From the NCBI GenBank assembly GCA_965224085.1, contig CBDCYI010000004.1:704001-768000 (forward strand): a stretch of DNA of 64,000 bases. Direction: 5' to 3'. Below the pieces are notes generated by a model. That model was not told the origin of the DNA, made no database searches, and saw nothing but the letters and a program-made list of their open reading frames with translations. Of the stretch, positions 58,290-64,000 are shown in pieces. The stretch comes from Candidatus Marinacidobacterales bacterium (GTDB lineage: Bacteria > Acidobacteriota > Vicinamibacteria > Marinacidobacterales > SMYC01). Every line of letters begins with the position of its first letter. The stretch's first letter is position 1. A program made the translations under genes and the position numbers.

Positions 58290-59920
58290 TGGTGGACCGG
58301 ATCACGGGGCGGAGCTTCGCCACCCGATCCGAAGTCCTGGCGCAGAGAGCGATGGCGGCCACGAGCCATCCCCTCGCAACCCAGGTGGCCCTCGACATAT
58401 TGAAAACGGGTGGCACGGCCACCGACGCCGCCATTGCCGCAAACGCGCTCCTCGGCCTCGTCGAGCCGACAGGCTGCGGCCTCGGAGGCGACTTGTTCGC
58501 GATCGTCTGGGATGGCGAGCGACTACACGGCCTCAACGCGAGCGGGCGCTCACCTCGCTCTCTCACACTCGAGCACTTGAGAGGCCTCGGTCAGAAAAGG
58601 ATTCCGTGTCACGGTCCTCTGTCGGTCTCCGTGCCGGGCGTCGTGGATGGCTGGTACACCCTTCACGAAAAACTCGGCAAGCTGCCGATGGCCTCCCTTC
58701 TGGCACCGACGATCCGCTACGCGCGCGAGGGCTTCCCCGTCACCCAAGTCATCGCCGACAGCTGGGCTTTCGGAGCGCGGGAGCTCGCGGACTATCCGGG
58801 CTTTCGAGAAACGTTCATCCGTTCAGGATGCGCACCGAAAGAAGGCGAGATTTTCAAAAACTCCGCCCTCGCCCGAACCCTGGAGGTCATCGCCGAGTCT
58901 GGCCGCGATGCGTTTTACCGCGGCGGGCTCGCCGACATCATGGATCGCTTCATGAGGCGCGCCGGCGGCTTCCTTACCCGGGGCGACCTCGAAGCGCATG
59001 GCTCCGAGTGGGTAGAGCCCGTCTCGACGAGCTATCGCGGCTACGACGTCTGGGAGCTACCGCCCAACGGGCAAGGGATCGCGACTCTGCAGATCTTGAA
59101 TCTACTCGAAGCTTACGATCTCGCCGCGATGGAGTTCGGGAGCCCGACGTATGTGCATCACTTCCTCGAAGCCAAGAAGCTGGCCTTCGAGGACCGCGCC
59201 AAGTTCTATGCAGACCCGGACTTCGCCGAAATTCCCGTCGAAGATCTCATCTCGAAAGCCTACGCCGATCGTCGCCGCGAGCGTCTCGACCCGAGCCGCG
59301 CCTCGAAGGACCTTGATCCCGGGGATCCCGTCCTGAAAACGAGCGACACCGTTTATCTCACGACGGCCGACGGAGACGGCCAAATGGTCTCGCTTATCCA
59401 AAGTAATTTTCGCGGGATGGGAAGCGGGCTTTGCCCGGACGGTCTCGGCTTCTGCTTTCAAGATCGCGGCGAGCTCTTCGCGCTCGAAGACGGCCACGCT
59501 AATGTCTATGCACCGGGAAAGCGGCCCTTCCATACGATCATCCCCGCATTCGTCACCCGCGACGGCCGCCCGTATATGAGTTTTGGGGTGATGGGTGGTG
59601 ACATCCAGCCGCAGATGCACGCACAGATCCTGATGAACCACATCGATTTCGAGATGAGCTTGCAGGAGTCGGGCGATGCGCCCCGCATTTTTCATACGGG
59701 CTCTTCCGAACCGACGGGCGGACGCATGCACGACGGCGGTGAAGTTCACCTCGAGTCCGGCTTCGCCCGCGAAACACGGGCCGTCCTCGAGCGGATGGGA
59801 CACCGTACCCGTGATATCGTTGGTGGATTCGGCGGCTACCAAGCCATCGCTTGCTCTTCCCACGGGGTCTACCGCGGCGCGTCCGAGTCTCGAAAAGACG
59901 GCCACGCCGCCGGTTTCTGA
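58289..59920 (+). CDS. ggt: Gamma-glutamyltransferase
   Basis: TSHPLA, GLGGDLF, SVPGVVDGW, ELPPNGQG, DTVYL, KRPFHTIIP, GVMGGDIQPQ, ESRKDG. Confidence 0.95.
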   Translation: MVDRITGRSFATRSEVLAQRAMAATSHPLATQVALDILKTGGTATDAAIAANALLGLVEPTGCGLGGDLFAIVWDGERLHGLNASGRSPRSLTLEHLRGLGQKRIPCHGPLSVSVPGVVDGWYTLHEKLGKLPMASLLAPTIRYAREGFPVTQVIADSWAFGARELADYPGFRETFIRSGCAPKEGEIFKNSALARTLEVIAESGRDAFYRGGLADIMDRFMRRAGGFLTRGDLEAHGSEWVEPVSTSYRGYDVWELPPNGQGIATLQILNLLEAYDLAAMEFGSPTYVHHFLEAKKLAFEDRAKFYADPDFAEIPVEDLISKAYADRRRERLDPSRASKDLDPGDPVLKTSDTVYLTTADGDGQMVSLIQSNFRGMGSGLCPDGLGFCFQDRGELFALEDGHANVYAPGKRPFHTIIPAFVTRDGRPYMSFGVMGGDIQPQMHAQILMNHIDFEMSLQESGDAPRIFHTGSSEPTGGRMHDGGEVHLESGFARETRAVLERMGHRTRDIVGGFGGYQAIACSSHGVYRGASESRKDGHAAGF

Positions 59921-59936
59921 GCTCGTGAGAATCGAC

Positions 59937-60875
59937 ATGTCAGATTGCCGTTTTCAATCCGAGTTTCCCGGGACCGGCCTTGCGCTCGTCGAGACGCTCC
60001 GGACCAAGATGACCGCGGCTGGCGGTTCGTTCGACGGCTCGGTAAGCGCCGGAAGCTTTTCACTGCCGACCCCCATCGGCCAATTCGGAGGCGATTACTC
60101 GATCCAAGGGAAGATATCCCTACAACACGATCCAATAACAATGAGCTCTCCGTCCCCATCAACGCCCAAGTCAGAGCGATCGACGGCTTGAACTCGAACG
60201 ATGCGGCCCTTTCTCTCGCGCTCGCCGCTGGCGTCACGACGATGAACATCACCACCGGAAGCCGCAGCGCCAAGGCATGATTGGGGTTTTGCGCCAAACG
60301 TTCATTCGCGTCAAAGACGATGCGGGCCGTGGGGAAGACGAGCGCGTTTTGGCTCAGGTGCTCGCCAGGGAAATCCCGCTCCGGGTCCTGGCCAGTAGCC
60401 CCGACGATATCCTCACGGCGATGCGGCTGGCGGAGGAGTTTGGTCTCGCGCTCATCGTCGACTCGGCAGCGGGAGGCCACGAGGTCGCGGACGCCATTGC
60501 CGAGCACGCCGTACCGGTCGTGGTCGGGCCGAGCATCCTCAGCATTGGAAGCGGCGGCTCTTTCGAAACGTTCGCACATACGTCCGCCAACGCAGGGAAG
60601 CTTCGTGAAGCGGCGTTACGATCGCTTTGAGCACCTTCGCATCACGGGGCCGCTCCGTCGTTATGGAAGCCGTGATGGCCAAGGCGCACGGTCTCGACGC
60701 GACCCTCCGCGCCCTAACCCTCGACGCGGCGCAGATTCTCGGCGTGGCGGACGAGATCGGGAGTCTCGAAGCAGGAAAATCGGCGGACCTCGTTCTTTGG
60801 GAAACTCACCCGCTGGGTACTTGGGGTGAGACGCGACGCGTAATCGTAGACGGTGAAACGCTCTTCGAGCGCTAG
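59937..60875 (+). pseudogene. Hypothetical N-terminal fragment fused to a deleted amidohydrolase
   Basis: Three frames: NNELSVPINAQVRAIDG...AGVTT; IPLRV...DDILTAMRLAEEFGL; ALTLDAAQILGVADEIGSLEAGKSADLVLW. Confidence 0.72.
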
Positions 60876-60922
60876 CTCGACTCGTCTTCGCGGAAAGCTT
60901 CCCCGTGGCGAAGGCGAAACGA

Positions 60923-61498
60923 TCAGAGGGTTCGAGGCGCCTGACGCCGCCCCAGCCAGCCCGTCAGTTTCTTCAAAACGAAGTACATCACGACGACCAT
61001 CAGAAACAGAGCGACGAGCGGCAGCACGATCGAGAGGCCCGCAAGAAGAAAGGAAGCGCCCACTTCGACCGTCGAGACCAAAGGGTTGGCGAGACCGCCC
61101 GTCGTCGCCGTCGAGGCACCGCGGGCAAGCATGGTCGATCCCTTGACGATGCCTGCCAGCCCCCCACCGCCAATGATGGCCAGGCTCCACTTCACAAGCG
61201 GGTCCATCTCGCTCAGCGCGGACGCCGCCACGATGGAGCCTGCCACGACCGCCGCCGGGGCCGAGACCGTATCCAGAAGATGGTCGACCCACGGGATGTA
61301 GTAAGCCCCGATCTCGAGAACGGTAGCCGTACTCAGCACGACGAGCGCCGGAAAAGTACCGATCCAACCAAATCCGTCACCGAGTTCGAGATGGCCCGTA
61401 TAGCCAGCGACGCTCATCGCAAGCAAAGGAACGAATACCCGGAATCCCGCAGCTGCCGCTAGGCCCAAGCCGAGGCAAATGCTAAGCGCATGGTCCAC
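60923..61498 (-). CDS. DUF4126 family membrane protein
   Basis: GLGLAAAAGFRVFVPLL, EIGAYYIPWVDHLLD, STATTGGLANPLVSTVE. SD GGAGG before the GTG at 61498. Confidence 0.88.
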   Translation of the reverse strand: MDHALSICLGLGLAAAAGFRVFVPLLAMSVAGYTGHLELGDGFGWIGTFPALVVLSTATVLEIGAYYIPWVDHLLDTVSAPAAVVAGSIVAASALSEMDPLVKWSLAIIGGGGLAGIVKGSTMLARGASTATTGGLANPLVSTVEVGASFLLAGLSIVLPLVALFLMVVVMYFVLKKLTGWLGRRQAPRTL

Positions 61499-61579
61499 GA
61501 AAGTCCTCCAGATTTTGCTTCTTACCATTATAGGCTACGCCCCGAGTCGGAGGAGAGATTGAATCGGGGAGCGGCCCGG

Positions 61580-63165
61580 CTAAGCGTTCTTTTTGTGCAG
61601 GCCGAACTGCTCGAGCCGTTTGTAGAATGTATCGGAAGAGATCTTGAGAAGCTCGATGGCTTTGCGCTTGTTTCCTTTCGTGAACGCGAGCGCGCGCACG
61701 ATGTGCATTTTCTCGTGCTCGTCCATCACCTCTTTGAGAGACCTCGGCATCTCGTTATTCGAAGACGAAACACCTCCGGAAGCATTCAGGGGCGAGTGCT
61801 CGCGAATATAGTCCGGGAGATCGCTCGGCAGGATCACGTCGTTGTCGGAAAGACACATCACCGTCTGAACGACTTGTGCGAGTTGTGGCGTACGTTGAAC
61901 TCCCAACGGTACGCCTGGAGGACCTCCAGCGTCTCGTGCGCGAACTGCTTCTTGATCGGGCCGCGGTTGTACATGGCCGAGAAATGCTCGACGAGTGCCA
62001 CGATATCCTCCTGCCGTTCTTGGAGAGACGGCAAGCGCACCGTTTGTCCTAGCCGCGCGAGAAGGTCGGCCCGGTAGCGTCCTTCCTCGACCATCTTCTC
62101 GATCGGTCGGTTCGTGGCAGAGACAACGTAGGCGTCGACGTAGCGCGGCTTTGTATCTCCAACTAGATAAAGCTCGCCCGAATCCAGAAACCGCAAAAGC
62201 TTTGGTTGGAGCGAGGGCGCGATGTCACCCACCTCGTCCAAAAAAAGCACGCCCCCATGCGCCACTTCGAAACGGCCCTTCTTGTCTTGTCGTGCCTCAG
62301 TGAAAGCGCCTTTCACATGGCCGAATAGCTCCGATTCGATCACCGTCGGGGCCAAAGCCGGGATAGGAACGGGGACATAGGACTTGCCGCGCCGGTCGCT
62401 ATTATCCGCATAAGCGCGGGCGAAGAGTTCTTTTCCGGTTCCCGTGTCGCCGCGCAACATAACACTCGCGCCAGCGGCCGCCAACTTGCAAACCTGATCG
62501 AAAGCGGAGAGAAGCTTCGGATGTCGTCCAACGATGTGGTAACGGCGGATCTCGTTCTCGAGCAGGCTGAGCCGTTCGTTGCTCGATTTGAGAGCGTTCG
62601 TGTTCTTCACGAACTCCCGCGTTCGTCGGATCAAGGTGCCCGTGTACAGCGAGAGTGCCGTGACGAACTCGAGGTCTTCTCGATCGAACATCCTCCGTCC
62701 GCCGCGATTGTCCAGATAGATGAGCCCCTTCACAGGGTTTTGCGCAAGTGGGACGCAAATGATGGAGCGAATCTTCAGTATGTCGACGCTATCCGCGTCC
62801 CGAATGGCGAGATCGTCGATCTGGTCGGCCATGAGCACGGCGAGCCCCGTCTCCCTGGCTTTGCCGCAAGCGGTGTGGCTCAACTGCCACTCGGATTCCG
62901 GCCCCTTCAAATCCAGACTGTGGCTCGCGAGCGGCTTCAACTCGCCGGCGCGCGAGACGCTCAAGACGCAGGAGTGATCTGGCCTCAGGTGATCGATGAG
63001 AGCCTGATGGATGGTGCGGATAACCTCGCCGGGGTCGCGCTGCTCGAGGAGTTGCCGCCCGATGCTATAGATCGCTAGGAGCCGATCGGAGCTCGTCGCT
63101 CCGGATAAAGCCGCGCTCGGGTCGAGAGTTTCTTCCGTTTGCGATGTTGTTTGACTACGCGCCAT
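61580..63165 (-). CDS. GAF + sigma54 AAA+ activator + Fis-type HTH, 2-nt frameshift near 61886
   Basis: IRSIICVPL...GLIYLD (GAF), GDTGTGKE, ESELFGHVKGAFTEA, LFLDEVG, WEFNVR then QLAQVV...GNKRKAIELLKIS..TFYKRL. Confidence 0.85.
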
Positions 63166-63634
63166 CCCGCTTTCGCTTTCTCGATGACCCCGGCCAGTGC
63201 TACGTATGAAGGCTATCGATTCCCGCATGTCGATGCAAGAAAAAGACGTTCTAAATCAAAAGACGTTCGTCTCTCCAATGTATCCGGCAGCGACTAGGCC
63301 AAAGCGAATGTGTGACGGCGGCGTATTCGCATATCGGTACGGGCACGATGGAACTCGACATCTCGCGCTCCTTCCGTTGTGCTCAGTCACGGACGGAAAC
63401 GCTAGTTTCTCTTCCGGACGACGCACGTCATGATTTCTTTACAATTAATGCTTTTGACCGATCCCCGTATAAGTGGCTTCTGTTGTGACGGTTATTGGAT
63501 GCGTGGGGACCGCCCTGCGTCGGATTGCCTTACAGCTGATCCGGAGTACTCTCGGTCGGCATTGGACTTCCGATTACGCGGAAGTTCATGTGGCGCAGCC
63601 AGTTCACACGCGCGCACCTACCCGCGTGGGCGGA

Positions 63635-63650
63635 TGGCATTAGATTTGCT
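63635..63650 (+). promoter_or_regulatory. sigma54 -24/-12 promoter
   Basis: TGGCAT-TAGAT-TTGCT, divergent from the sigma54 activator gene. Confidence 0.72.
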
Positions 63651-63763
63651 ATAGGTAGTAGTGCGGGGATTGGATGACGGTTCAGCCCGGCTCCATTTCC
63701 CGCTCTTTTGCCGCTCAACGGCACCGACGGGCGGACACTACCCCCTTTGGAGGAGCAGCTCCT

Positions 63764-64000
63764 TTGGAGAAGCGTTTCGACATCCCGCGAAGGATTGGAC
63801 GGGTGGCACCCAAACACGCTGCGACCGCGGCGGTGTTCACGGATTCCCAGCAGGCCGCCTACGGCGTGCTGACCAACGTCTCGGTGACCGGTGCCTGTAT
63901 CGTGACCGACTCCCGTCTGGCGCCGGGGAGCGAGGTCGACCTCAAGCTCTCCTTCTACCGGCAGCCCCGGCCGTACGAGATCGCGGCTCGCGTCGTTTGG
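63764..64000 (+). CDS. PilZ-domain protein (runs off the window end)
   Basis: SD GGAGGAG and TTG start give MEKRFDIPRRIGRV...GVLTNVSVTGACI...LAPGSEVDLKL...IAARVVW, with RxxxR and NxSxxG motifs. Confidence 0.82.
   Translation, partial: MEKRFDIPRRIGRVAPKHAATAAVFTDSQQAAYGVLTNVSVTGACIVTDSRLAPGSEVDLKLSFYRQPRPYEIAARVVW

Noticed and set aside
63197-63817. Short ORFs in the activator-PilZ spacer
   Set aside because: No motifs, atypical codon use, and they overlap promoter elements.

Overview
GC-rich bacterial chromosomal window. An Acidobacteriota-like host is inferred from DUF4388, FecR/DUF6600 and ADOP-type permease genes. The housekeeping backbone is intact: prfB with its +1 programmed frameshift, greA, rarA, dnaK-dnaJ-hspR-dnaC-like operon, sppA, nrdJ with tandem NrdR boxes, mtaB, galK and ggt. 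Many accessory genes are collapsed into fused fragments by deletions, one apparent inversion and single-base indels, which could be real erosion or assembly/read error. The best signals the ORF track misses are: (1) a 189-bp MITE with 13-bp perfect TIRs and a TTAA duplication that splits a DUF4388 gene; (2) a MerB-like fragment with an in-frame UGA at a likely Cys position, followed by a perfect 15-bp SECIS-like hairpin; (3) a CHAT-NACHT-HEAT protein lacking both catalytic residues; (4) a roughly 5.8-kb island (49.15-54.97 kb) with paired TGGTCAC repeats, a TPR-NHL gene, a cargo gene flanked by about 80-bp direct repeats, and terminase remnants; (5) three sigma54 promoters driving envelope genes and a PilZ gene, the last divergent from a GAF-AAA+ activator. 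No rRNA, tRNA or CRISPR array was seen. All family calls come from motif recognition by eye; no database searches were run.
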